This document shows positions 13,729 through 24,388 of a DNA stretch of 64,000 nucleotides, in pieces. The position numbers and the translations under genes were made by a program. Numbering within the stretch: position 1 is the stretch's first letter; each line of letters begins with the position of its first letter. The notes under the pieces are model-generated. The model saw only the letters and a program-made list of their open reading frames with translations. It had not been told where the DNA came from and made no database searches. Source of the stretch: Octopus sinensis (taxonomy: Eukaryota); contig NC_043003.1 in NCBI RefSeq assembly GCF_006345805.1, positions 23,808,001-23,872,000 on the forward strand, given 5' to 3'.

Positions 13729-14019
13729 TCATTGTTTTACTGCATTTCCTGCTCTTTCTGCCCTTCCCTCTACATAGACCAAATGGGATGCTGCTAGGCT
13801 GACCGTTTCGCAGAGCACCTCCGAACCATCAGACTTGGCCATGACACCCCCGTCTCGCACTGTTTCCCTTCTACTGGTCATTCACTACAGCTATCTACGT
13901 TTGGATTGTCCTTGCACAGGGTTCAACCAGACTGTCACCTTCACCGTGAGCAGGAATTAATCTTCTCCCTTCGCTCCTTTGCGTCACATGGGCTCAACTC
14001 CCCTCATCTTTTAATCTAA
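13729..14019 (+). pseudogene. PLE GIY-YIG endonuclease C-terminal fragment
   Basis: SLFYCISCSFCPSLYIDQMGCC*ADRFAEHLRTI...HREQELIFSLRSFASHGLN, with one internal stop. Confidence 0.85.
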
Positions 14020-14855
14020 TTCTCTCCTTTTCCGCTCATCTGACACCTTCTTCTCTTCATCTGACACCTACTTCCTCTCTACATTCTACCCATCTCCTCT
14101 CTTCATTGATACCCACTCGACACACCCGCACCCCACACACCCTTTCACTCCTATCTTTATCTGACTCTCACCTCTTCTCTTCAACTGACTCTCCTCCTCT
14201 CTCCATCTAATATCCACTTCCTCTCTTCACTCCAACCCACATCCTCTCTTTATTGATAGCCCCTACTCCACACCTACCCCACACCACTCCACACACACTA
14301 GCACTGACCACTTCCCAGCACCCATACCACACACCATCATCCACACACCATCATCCACACACACCTACACACCCACACACGATCATCGATAGCGTCACCA
14401 CACATATCGCTATATGAACACCCACATGTTACAGACGCACACACGTACACACGCACATAACCAGACTTGTCAAAGACTAACATACGCACATACACATACA
14501 CGCACTCACCCGGAGTTGTCAAAGACTTGTCAAAGTCACTGGCCCTATTCACACACACTCAAACATTCACATACACCATTGTCACTCACACATACGCATC
14601 GCACCCTCATTATTTCACTTTTTTTCTATCACCATTTAAATTTTTTTCTAATCAGTCGCCATGCTTAACCGCTAAATACCTAGGTGTTTTTCATTCTCCC
14701 CCTACTTATTTCCTCTTATTCCTTTCTATTGAAGAGCGTAGGCTCGAAACGTAAAAGTCTTTCTCACTTTCCCGAGCGTCAAACTAATATCAACAACAGC
14801 TGCTTGTTGTTCATAGACCTGTCTTCATCTTCTGTTTTTCTATAAATTTCAACTA
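14020..14855 (+). mobile_element. Long pyrimidine/CA-rich 3' tail and terminal repeat of the preceding PLE
   Basis: Directly follows the GIY-YIG stop, contains an HHR motif and ends at (TG)n. Confidence 0.65.
14722..14757 (+). ncRNA. Minimal type I HHR-like motif (family 4), core mutated
   Basis: CTTT-CTATTGA-A-GAGC GTAG GCTC-GAAA-CG-TA-AAAG; stems I and II pair perfectly; palindromic ACGT stem III. Confidence 0.6.
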
Positions 14856-14886
<31 letters not shown>

Positions 14887-14958
14887 CTGTGTGTGCGCGT
14901 GCGTATCTATGTATGTACGTATGTATGTACGTATGTATGTATGTATGTATGTATGTAC

Positions 14959-15421
14959 GTTACACTTCCAGATGGGAAGGGTCTTCTTTTGATTCTGACA
15001 TGCAGTTTCTGTGCAATACCCTGCCTCCGTAAAGCTGGACTAAAGAGTCATCTTCGTAGTCATAATGGGAGACAGATGAGTGACAACCTGGCCTCTGGTG
15101 GAGGTGTAACACACCATACTAATCATATCTGTCGGGCATGTGGAAGAGAGTGTAATTCGGCAGGAGGACTTAAACGACATGCAAAGTTACATGAAGCCCA
15201 GTTACAACTACAGCCGGCTATTACCGGTAAAGGTTTTAGTTGCCAATTCTGTACAAGACATTGTAGATCTTTAGATGGGCTAAAAAGTCACATTCGATCA
15301 CACTACCAGTAACTGTTAAGCTGCGTGCAATCGCCATACTCGATAACATGGGGGCAGCCATCATGTATGTATGTATGTATGTATGTATGTATGTATGTAT
15401 GTATGTATGTATGTATGTATG
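14959..15421 (+). mobile_element. 3' end of an RTE-like LINE encoding three C2H2-type fingers, with short 3' UTR and (GTAT)n tail
   Basis: CSFC..LKSHLRSH, CRAC..GLKRHAKLH, CQFC..GLKSHIRSH, stop at 15312, ~50-nt UTR, then (GTAT)n; (GTAT)n is also upstream. Confidence 0.7.
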
Positions 15422-15780
15422 CAAGCTTAGTCTGGAGGGAAGGGCATTGTTCGTGATCAGTGATGGCATCATTCTCCAGGACCGATTATCTGAATGCGGT
15501 TTATCGGATTTTTAAACGCTGCAGATCAAAATTTTGCAGAAATGCGATGGGCTGGATCTTACTGTGTTCGTGTTCTGAGGAAGAAGGGCTGCATATCGTG
15601 CTTAGTGTGATGATTGCTAACGAGGTACACGTGACATTGAATACCTGCGTGTAGGATGCAGCAGTTCAAGCAACTCTGAAGAACAGAAATGTTCATGATA
15701 TATATATATGTGTATATATATACATATATATATACATACATACATGCATACAAACATACATACATACCTACCTACCTACC

Positions 15781-15873
<93 letters not shown>

Positions 15874-15945
15874 CACATATATATTTATATATATATATAT
15901 ATAATGATAAATCTCAGAGCGAGTTATAAACAGTAGCAGTAACAC

Positions 15946-16219
15946 ATCGTGATGCATATATGCCATTTGAATATGGCTAATCCATAAGGGTGGATGCTAC
16001 TGTAGTTTGTAGCCCCAGGAAGACACCTCCTCCCGCTGGCTATAGACACACTATCTGTGTCCTGTCAGTATTTGTGAAGGGGAGTCATGACAAATACTGA
16101 CAGGACACAGATAGTGTGTCTATAGCCAGCGGGAGGAGGTGTCTTCCTGGGGCTACAAACTACAGTAGCATCTACCCTTATGGGTTAGCCATATTCAAAT
16201 GGCATATATGCATCACGAT
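15946..16219. repeat. Near-perfect inverted repeat, 130-bp arms, 14-nt spacer
   Basis: 15946-16075 vs 16090-16219; two mismatches seen. Confidence 0.95.
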
Positions 16220-16244
16220 ATATATATATATATATATATATACA

Positions 16245-16555
16245 GATACGAAGTCTAGGCAAATATCACCAGCTGACCGGTGTCTGCTACTCTAGGCCGA
16301 TGAAGGACAATGATCCTGAAACACGGTGTCCCTAGATGCAGTTCCGACGGCCGGGGGTGTTTGTCTCCCCTTCGTATATGTATATAAGGACACAGGGAAA
16401 AAATGTGTCGAAGCTGTCAGGAGGCGTTCGATGCCTCCTAGGGCTATACAACGGTGGTGTACCCCCTACAGTCACGTTCTTGTTAGATTGACAGTATACA
16501 ACCATTCTATCGCCCCACCACCGTACATGTCTCTACGAGAGATTTAGAAATTCAA
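16245..16555 (+). mobile_element. ORF-less HHR-bearing element (PLE pseudo-LTR or retrozyme-like), family 1
   Basis: Second copy at 25695-25928; both end at (TA)n. Confidence 0.7.
16291..16336 (+). ncRNA. Type I hammerhead ribozyme (family 1)
   Basis: TCTAGG-CCGATGA-AGGA CAATGA TCCT-GAAA-CAC G GTG-TC-CCTAGA: 6-bp stem I, 4-bp stem II, near-palindromic stem III, GUC cleavage triplet; U4 is replaced by C. Confidence 0.8.
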
Positions 16556-16560
16556 TATTT

Positions 16561-16614
<54 letters not shown>

Positions 16615-16619
16615 ATACA

Positions 16620-16657
<38 letters not shown>

Positions 16658-16692
16658 TATATATATATAATATATATATATATAAATGTATG

Positions 16693-16726
<34 letters not shown>

Positions 16727-17374
16727 TGTATGTATGTATGTAGGTAGGTAGGTATGTATGTATGTTTGTATGCATGTATGTATGTATATATATATAGAGA
16801 GGCTTACAGAGAGAGACAGAGAGAGTAAATGAAATAATAAAATAGTACCTTAATATATTGTGCGTTTATGTGATATTCTGCTAAAAGGTTAAGAAGCCTT
16901 AAGATCTCCACGAGATTTGAGTGAATAAATACAGGACAAAGCTATAACAGACTGTATCTAAGCTACACGCATTTCAGTACCTACATTGTTTTAAATATCC
17001 GTTTGTGAATACCGGAGGGCATAGCACACAGATAGAACTCCTCATATTTACTAAAGAATTGAATTCAGTGTAACATAAACACATGCGCATACAGACACAA
17101 GCACGCACATACCGACAACGCGCAAAACACACGCATATGTCATAGATGCACACTTAAATATACATACACACAGACTCACACATATATATGACACAGAATG
17201 AAAGATATACATCAATCTACAAATTGTCGTAGAGATAGATAAGCATGCATATATATGCCTATATATATATGTGTGTGTATATGCACGTATATATATATAT
17301 ATTGTGTGTATCTATGTATATGTATATATGTAAGATATATATATATATATATATATATATGTAATATACATATC

Positions 17375-17423
<49 letters not shown>

Positions 17424-18092
17424 ATGCACCTACATAAATGCAGAAATATTAGGATAACATATAAATATATGAGTGCTAAGATTTGTTTATGAAGGCCCGT
17501 GGCTCTGCATTTGTGCACGTGTCATTTATATTTACGTATTTGCGACTCAGCGCATGCGTGTGTCTTTGTGTGATAAATAAAAGAGAAGAAAATTTCACAT
17601 GAGTATCGCAAGGAGAAAACCTGAAGACGCAGATATGCCAAAGGCAACGTATCGTAATAGAAAGAATAACATTTAATTCTAAAGAAACTTATTTGCATTG
17701 TATGGATTTCTTGAAATATGCTGTCTAGTCCGTAGTACTTTAATGAATTGAACGTGTTATTTTGCATGCGAAGTTTACTGAAAGTTTGAGAATCCTTAAG
17801 AAAAAATTGCATGTGGTTTAACCGAATGAAATTGAAACTACATTATCAGCAAATGTATTCACACACACGCTTCTCAATTCTTGTATCTTATTGAATATCC
17901 ATTTGAGAGTTACTGTTGAACGAATCCATAGCATCAGGAGTCGTATAGGCTGCATTAAACTGCTATTAGAAGTGACAGCAAAATATACTTTATCTTTGTA
18001 ACCACACAAACACATACCAAACACACGCACACGCACACACTCACATACACACACATATATATATATACATATATATATTAAAAAAAAAAAGA

Positions 18093-18407
18093 CTCCGCCG
18101 GTTACGACGACGAGGGTCCCAGCTGATACGATCAACGGAACAGCTTGCTCGTGAAATTAACGTGCAAATGGCTGAGCATTCCACAGACACGTGTACCCTT
18201 AACGTAGTTCTCGGGGATAATCAGCGTGACACAGAGAGTGACAAGGCTGACCCTTTGAAATACAAGTACAACTCATTTTTGCCAGCTGAGTGGACTGGAG
18301 CAACGTGAAATAAAGTGTCTTGCTCAAGGACACAACGCGTCGCCGGGAATCGAACTCACAACCTTACGATCATGAGCCGAATGCCCTAACCACTAAGCCA
18401 CGCGCCC
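18093..18407 (-). mobile_element. tRNA-derived SINE family D (different head, 3' body shared with family C)
   Basis: Minus strand: GGCGCGTGGCTTAGTGG...GAGTTCGATTCCC, GTGTCCTTGAGCAAGACAC, then GAGAACTACGTTAAGGGTACACGTGTCTGTGG as in 3685-4069. Confidence 0.85.
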
Positions 18408-18499
18408 TCATGAGTGCATATATGAGTGCATATATATGTAAGTTTGTATACATATTCATACATGCGTATAATAATATATATATATATATTCCTAATTTG

Positions 18500-20095
18500 T
18501 GCAAATGTGTATAGAATATGTCAGTTGAGCAAATTTATAACACGGTCTGGTTTTCAAGTTTATTATTATTGTATCTAAAAAAAATTTTTACAGTGTTGAA
18601 CAATGTTGAATAATAAAAAAAATATTTTGTAATGTTCATAAAGTTCAATTAGAGCTGTCATACGTTCGTGGATAATCATCAGATTTCAAAATGTATTTAA
18701 CTGACAGTTGAGTCCTTGACAACTGTAGTGAAAGGACTGACTGCTTCCTTTTATACCTTTTAAAAGGCTCCAACAAACTGATTTTTCGAATACAGTTTTG
18801 ACTAATGGACATACAGCTTAAGTATCACGGTTTGTCGGATGGACCTATATTACTGGCGTAGATCCCGCATTTAATTTAACCAATTAGCTTGCAGTTTACG
18901 TGTAATAGTTTTACGAGTGTGCAAACTTAGTTGGTTTTGATTGTTTTCATATCAATCGGTGGAAGTCTTCTGTAATTTGTTTATATTCTTATTTTAAAGA
19001 TGTTTTAATCCACACCATTAACTGGTTGTTATATTACTGGTGCTATTTTCGTTCAGGATAGGTTTGAACATTTAAAAAAAGCCCATTTTTCTTTATCTTT
19101 CTTTCAAGATCACTTGTATCGTGTAGTTTGTGGAAAGGAAAAATTAGAAATATTTTCTTACCACATGTTTCTCAATGTTCGTTCAATGGAATTTGGCGAA
19201 CATTTATTGTCTGTGGATTTGTGAGCGTTCCAATATTGAATTCCCTGTCTCGCCAATATGTAGTCCCTCGCAAATAGAACAATTAATGCAGTAGGTCAAA
19301 TCTCTGATTTTGCAGTTCATATCTGTATTTGTGAAAATCTGTCCATCTTTTGTTCTAATGCATATACAAATATGCATGTATTGACACGTTCCACATCTGT
19401 TATCGTTACACTTGGATACTGTTTGTCCATATTGAATTTTGCCTTTGTTAATAGTTTCTTTAGGTTATGTGGTTGCTTTTTGTTTAAGATAATTGTTTGA
19501 TTAAATATTATTTATTTTTTAAATTTTTACTCTGTTTTATGATTGTCAAATTTGATTTGATAATGTTAAAAATGTTTTGGTGATGCGGATTGTGTGTTAC
19601 TAGAAACGGTATTGTGTTCCGTTGATGGGTTCGGCTTTCTAGTGTTCAATAACTCTTTTACTCGTTGTATGCTATTTTCTATAAGTAGGAGAGGGTATTT
19701 TTACTTGAGCAGAAATCCTTGGAGTCGTATATTCCTGGTATTTGGATCATCAACTATAAAACAAAATTGTCCTGGATAGACAGTATTGGTGTTTCGTTTT
19801 GTGTGCCACGGGTGGCAATATTTGAAATTTAAATACTGGAGTGTATCTGCTTTTGTAATAAATATCAGTTTTGCTTGCGGTTTTGTTTTTAATTACCATT
19901 ATGTTAAGAAATGGTAATTGCGTGTCGCTCATTTCACTTGTAAATTTGAGACTAGGGTGTAGATTTTTGAGGAGGGTGCTGAATTCTTTCAGATTTTCTA
20001 TAGATTTGGTTCAAATTAGGAAACAATCATCGAGGTAAATATTCCATGTGTCCTCTATATGTCTTCTAAAGGTCAGGCCGTAGTTTTCTTAATCA
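18500..20095 (-). mobile_element. 5'-truncated PLE, same family as 8585-10900
   Basis: RT C-terminus (YLDDCFL, QLPFLNIMVIKN, TDIYYKS), GIY-YIG remnant at ~19200-19330, and a 3' end matching 10700-10900. Confidence 0.85.
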
Positions 20096-20139
20096 TCATC
20101 ACCACAACATTTTAAACATCACCAAAACAAATTTGCCAA

Positions 20140-20370
20140 ATGTATAAATAGGAAGAAGTCAGTCATTTTACTACAGTTGTCAAGAACTCAACTGTCAGTC
20201 AAATGCCTTTTTAAATCTGATGATTACTACAAACGTATGAAAGCAATATTTGAACTGTACAAAAATTACAAAATATTTTTTTTAAATGTTTAATACAATT
20301 CAAAGTTGTAAAATTGTTTCTAAAATGCAATAATAAAGAGCATGAAAACCAGACCATGTATTTATTCAAC
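20140..20370 (+). repeat. Inverted copy of the PLE 3' terminal repeat (pseudo-LTR) at the 5' truncation point
   Basis: CTACAGTTGTCAAGAACTCAACTGTCAG...GAAAACCAGACCATG is the reverse complement of 18540-18760. Confidence 0.8.
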
Positions 20371-20457
20371 TTATATATATATATATACATGTCTATGTCT
20401 AAATGTATATATGTCTATATATACGTATGTATGTATATATGAATTTATATATATGTA

Positions 20458-21114
20458 CGAGGAGTTACCCAAAAGTAAGCGGGAACTTTTTGTGTGGAAC
20501 TTAAAAGGACGTTGCCATAAGCATATCACAAGTTTACAAGTGGTTTTCACATTTCAGGAATGGTTATTTGCCGCTTGAGAACCAATGTAGTACAGAGTAA
20601 CCGACGACATCCTGAACAAATCACAACATCATGAAAATTCATGAAATGATCTTGGAGGACTGTCACCAAGCAAATGTCGAACTTGCTGGTATGACCTTCG
20701 TGTCCTGGAGCTCCTACCAATGAATTTTGAGCGAGGAATTGCGAATGAAAAGAATTGCAGCATAATTTGTGACTCGCTTGTTCACGGAAGATCAAAAGTA
20801 GTCATGAGTGAATGCATGTCCAATTGAAAGAACAGCTGGCAGTTGATCTGAACTTTTTTCTAGGGTCATTACTGGTGACGAAAGCTGGGGCAACGGAATT
20901 TGCAGATGCGGTAGAGGTGACGAAAAAACGGTGGAGACGTTAAAAGCATCACTTCACAAGAGTTCCAGCACTGCTTCGAACTGTGGAAAACGCTGCTAGA
21001 CCGATGCATTAATTCAAATGGAGAATATTTTGAAAGACATAAAATTGAAAACATGTAAAGTTAAGTTCTTAAAATAGTATTGCAAAATTCCAGGTCGTCT
21101 TGGGCATCTTCTCA
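20458..21114 (+). mobile_element. Internally deleted mariner transposon
   Basis: TA-CGAGGAGTTACCCAAAA end with a degenerate inverted copy at ~21098-21114; VYKWFSHFRNG, MKRIAA.FV, RVITGDESW, FQHCFELWK, NGEYFE. Confidence 0.85.
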
Positions 21115-21332
21115 CATATATATTGGCGCAAACAGGAAAAATAGAACTGAAATTGGTGTATATGTATAATTTTATTAATATTGATCAGAAGTAACAGAAT
21201 AACTCAAAGTTCGGGATTTTCATCCCTTATTAAATTTTCTTAAGTGCCAACGCACAAAACCTTCGGATATTCGGTCATTATGTTATTTCTGCTCAATATC
21301 AACACACACACACCACACACACACGCACACGC

Positions 21333-21395
<63 letters not shown>

Positions 21396-21397
<2 letters not shown>

Positions 21398-22084
21398 CTA
21401 AGTAATTAAGGGTTTAGCAACGATTTGCCTCACCACACACCGAATTTAGAAATAGCAGTCAACGAGTTTTGGCTATTCTTTCTACTTAAAAGGGAGATCC
21501 CAGTAAAACCACACCACTTAAAAGGCAAACAACGCAGGCAAAAGAGAAAGAAATGACTATAATCATTCTACATTACGTCACCTACGGACGTACGTTTCGG
21601 AATTAAGTCATAGGAAAGCATAAAAATTAAATAATTATCTCTTACCCAACTATTTTCCTCTTCAGCGTAGGACTCTTTAATTATAAATAATTGCGTCTCA
21701 ATCATTAATAATTGTGTATTAAATTTGAAGGCACTAGAAGACACCACCTCAACTCATGGTATCAGAGCGAGCGTAAGCCATTACCAGTAACACCAAATTC
21801 AAAGGGTGAATGAAAGTATGTCACCATCCCCCTCCGCCAGCGTGCTGTGAAAATAAGATGCTACAGTTTTTTTTACTGGGATGAAATATAATTATCAATA
21901 ATAATATAGGGTGAAACTAATTAATTTGGAAGAATCATTAATTTCACCAAGTAGATTTCGGCATGTAAAAGCCCCATTCAAGGAAGGTTTAAGTAATACT
22001 AAGTAATTAAGGGTTTAGCAACGATTTGCCTCACCACACACCGAATTTAGAAATAGCAGTCAAAGAGTTTTGGCTATTCTTTCT
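21396..22084 (-). mobile_element. ORF-less 601-bp HHR-bearing monomer plus 88-bp terminal redundancy (retrozyme-like, family 2)
   Basis: TACTAAGTAATTAAGGGTTTAGCAACG... occurs at 21396 and 21997; HHR on the minus strand; copies at 22307-22994 and 35872-36270. Confidence 0.75.
21581..21671 (-). ncRNA. Type I hammerhead ribozyme with 52-nt loop II (family 2)
   Basis: Minus strand: CCTACG-CTGAAGA-GGAA-(52 nt)-TTCC-GAAA-CGTACG-TC-CGTAGG; intact core, GUC site, palindromic ACGTACGT. Confidence 0.85.
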
Positions 22085-22272
22085 CATGGAATTCGGTGAA
22101 AATAACTCCTTCGATAATTTCCGTTAGATTTAGTTATATGAATGTATTTGTGTAGACAGGATATATGTTGTAATTCATGAAATGGATTTGATTTATATTT
22201 CAAAGGGCAAGCATTTTCACACACTCTCTCACGCTGATCTACACGATGATTACATTACTTAACCACTTACAA

Positions 22273-22310
<38 letters not shown>

Positions 22311-22490
22311 TAAGTAATTAAGGTTTAGCAACGATTTGCCTCACCACACACCGAATTTAGAAATAGCAGTCAACGAGTTTTGGCTATTCTTTCTACTTAA
22401 AAGGGAGATCCCAGTAAAACCACACCACTTAAAGGCAAACAACGCAGGCAAAAGAGAAAGAAATGACTATAATCATTCTACATTACGTCA

Positions 22491-22581
22491 CCTACGGACG
22501 TACGTTTCGGAATTAAGTCATAGGAAAGCATAAAAATTAAATAATTATCTCTTACCCAACTATTTTCCTCTTCAGCGTAGG
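22491..22581 (-). ncRNA. Type I hammerhead ribozyme (family 2), duplicate copy
   Basis: Identical to 21581-21671 at +910 offset. Confidence 0.85.
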
Positions 22582-24311
22582 ACTCTTTAATTATAAATAA
22601 TTGCGTCTCAATCATTAATAATTGTGTATTAAATTTGAAGGCACTAGAAGACACCACCTCAACTCATGGTATCAGAGCGAGCGTAAGCCATTACCAGTAA
22701 CACCAAATTCAAAGGGTGAATGAAAGTATGTCACCATCCCCCTCCGCCAGCGTGCTGTGAAAATAAGATGCTACAGTTTTTTTTACTGGGATGAAATATA
22801 ATTATCAATAATAATATAGGGTGAAACTAATTAATTTGGAAGAATCATTAATTTCACCAAGTAGATTTCGGCATGTAAAAGCCCCATTCAAGGAAGGTTT
22901 AAGTAATACTAAGTAATTAAGGGTTTAGCAACGATTTGCCTCACCACACACCGAATTTAGAAATAGCAGTCAAAGAGTTTTGGCTATTCTTTCTCATGGA
23001 ATTCGGTGAAAATAACTCCTTCGATAATTTCCGTTAGATTTAGTTATATGAATGTATTTGTGTAGACAGGATATATGTTGTAATTCATGAAATGGATTTG
23101 ATTTATATTTCAAAGGGCAAGCATTTTCACACACTCTCTCACGCTGATCTACACGATGATTACATTACTTAACCACTTACAATATATATATATATATATA
23201 TATATGAAACTTTAAGGTCTGCTCAAAGGTATGCCTGTCGCCTTTTTGCCCATGTATATTGTGATCAGTACCACATTATCCAACATGTCCTTTTCTAATG
23301 TGACAGAATGTGATTTGCGGCATTTTGCTGCTACCTCCATCTGGTTTAACTACAAAGTTGATATTTCATTGGCTCACTGACATAAGATCACAGATATTCG
23401 TGAAAATGAACAGTCGATACTTCAGTATCAGTATATGATTAACCGATGATATTATCAATAATCGAAAGCGTGTTGAAGATGTTCCAAACAGAACAGGAAC
23501 ACACAGAGTGACTGAAATAAATACCGCATGATATTTCTTTGGAAACTCAGTTGTTTTATCCGATCACCGTTTTATCGCATCACGGCGATAGAAACTTTTG
23601 GATATACTCAGCGTTATGTTTGGTGGATGACGAACACTAATAGATTTGTTTTATTGTATCTACTAAATAAACTCTTATACGTTTAGCCCATGCACTTCTT
23701 ACGAACTACATATAAACATGTTAGGGTGCAGATATGGTCGAGTAGCTAAATCCATTTCAGATTGAATAAATGTGGCACTTGATCCCAGTTCACGGAACTC
23801 GGTGAAAATAACTCCTTCGATAATTTCCCTTAGATTTAGTTATGTGAATGTATTTGAGTAGACAGGATATATGTTGTAATTCATGAAATGGATTTGATTT
23901 ATATTTCAAAGGGCAAGCATTTTCACACCCTGTGTCACGCTGATCTACACGATGATTACATTACTTAACCACTTACAATATAATTCAATGAGAAGGTGAT
24001 CGCTATTGATCTAATATCTGGAGTATTCGTCGTGGCTGTAAACGACCTAATGCAAGATGTGAAACGTTTCAGTTACCACTGATTAAACAGCTTTGAAGTA
24101 TGTGCAAGTTACAAGAGGAATAATAGGGGAGGCGTAACCTAGTGAATTGGGTGTTAGTAAGAGGTCAAAAGTCAAACGAACTGAAGCAAAACGTGACGGA
24201 TGGAAGAGTGAGTAATTGGGAAAACTGCGATTAAACGCAATTTCACACGAAGAACGAAGACATATTGGAAGAATAAAGGACAATGTCGAAAGGAAGTAAG
24301 TTTATGTATAT

Positions 24312-24388
<77 letters not shown>

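Larger units (their letters stand above)
21396..23183. repeat. Near-identical tandem duplication, period ~910 bp, bounded by (TA)n
   Basis: GCATGTAAAAGCCCCATTC occurs at 21961 and 22871; differences seen are 1-nt homopolymer indels. Confidence 0.92.

Noticed and set aside
14857-15312. Host C2H2 zinc-finger gene
   Set aside because: No TGEKP linkers, the start lies in a microsatellite, and a LINE-like UTR and tail follow; a retroelement end fits better.
17621-17670. CTGAAGA...GAAA near a small hairpin
   Set aside because: No stem I or stem III pairing and no stem II adjacent to GAAA.
21935-21990. Second HHR in the family 2 monomer (minus strand CTTGAATGG-GGC..GCC-GAAA)
   Set aside because: The core is too far from CUGANGA and there is no convincing stem I.
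21396-23183. CRISPR-like array (four TACTAAGTAATTAAG repeats)
   Set aside because: The spacers are themselves duplicated and hundreds of bp long; eukaryotic context with no cas genes.
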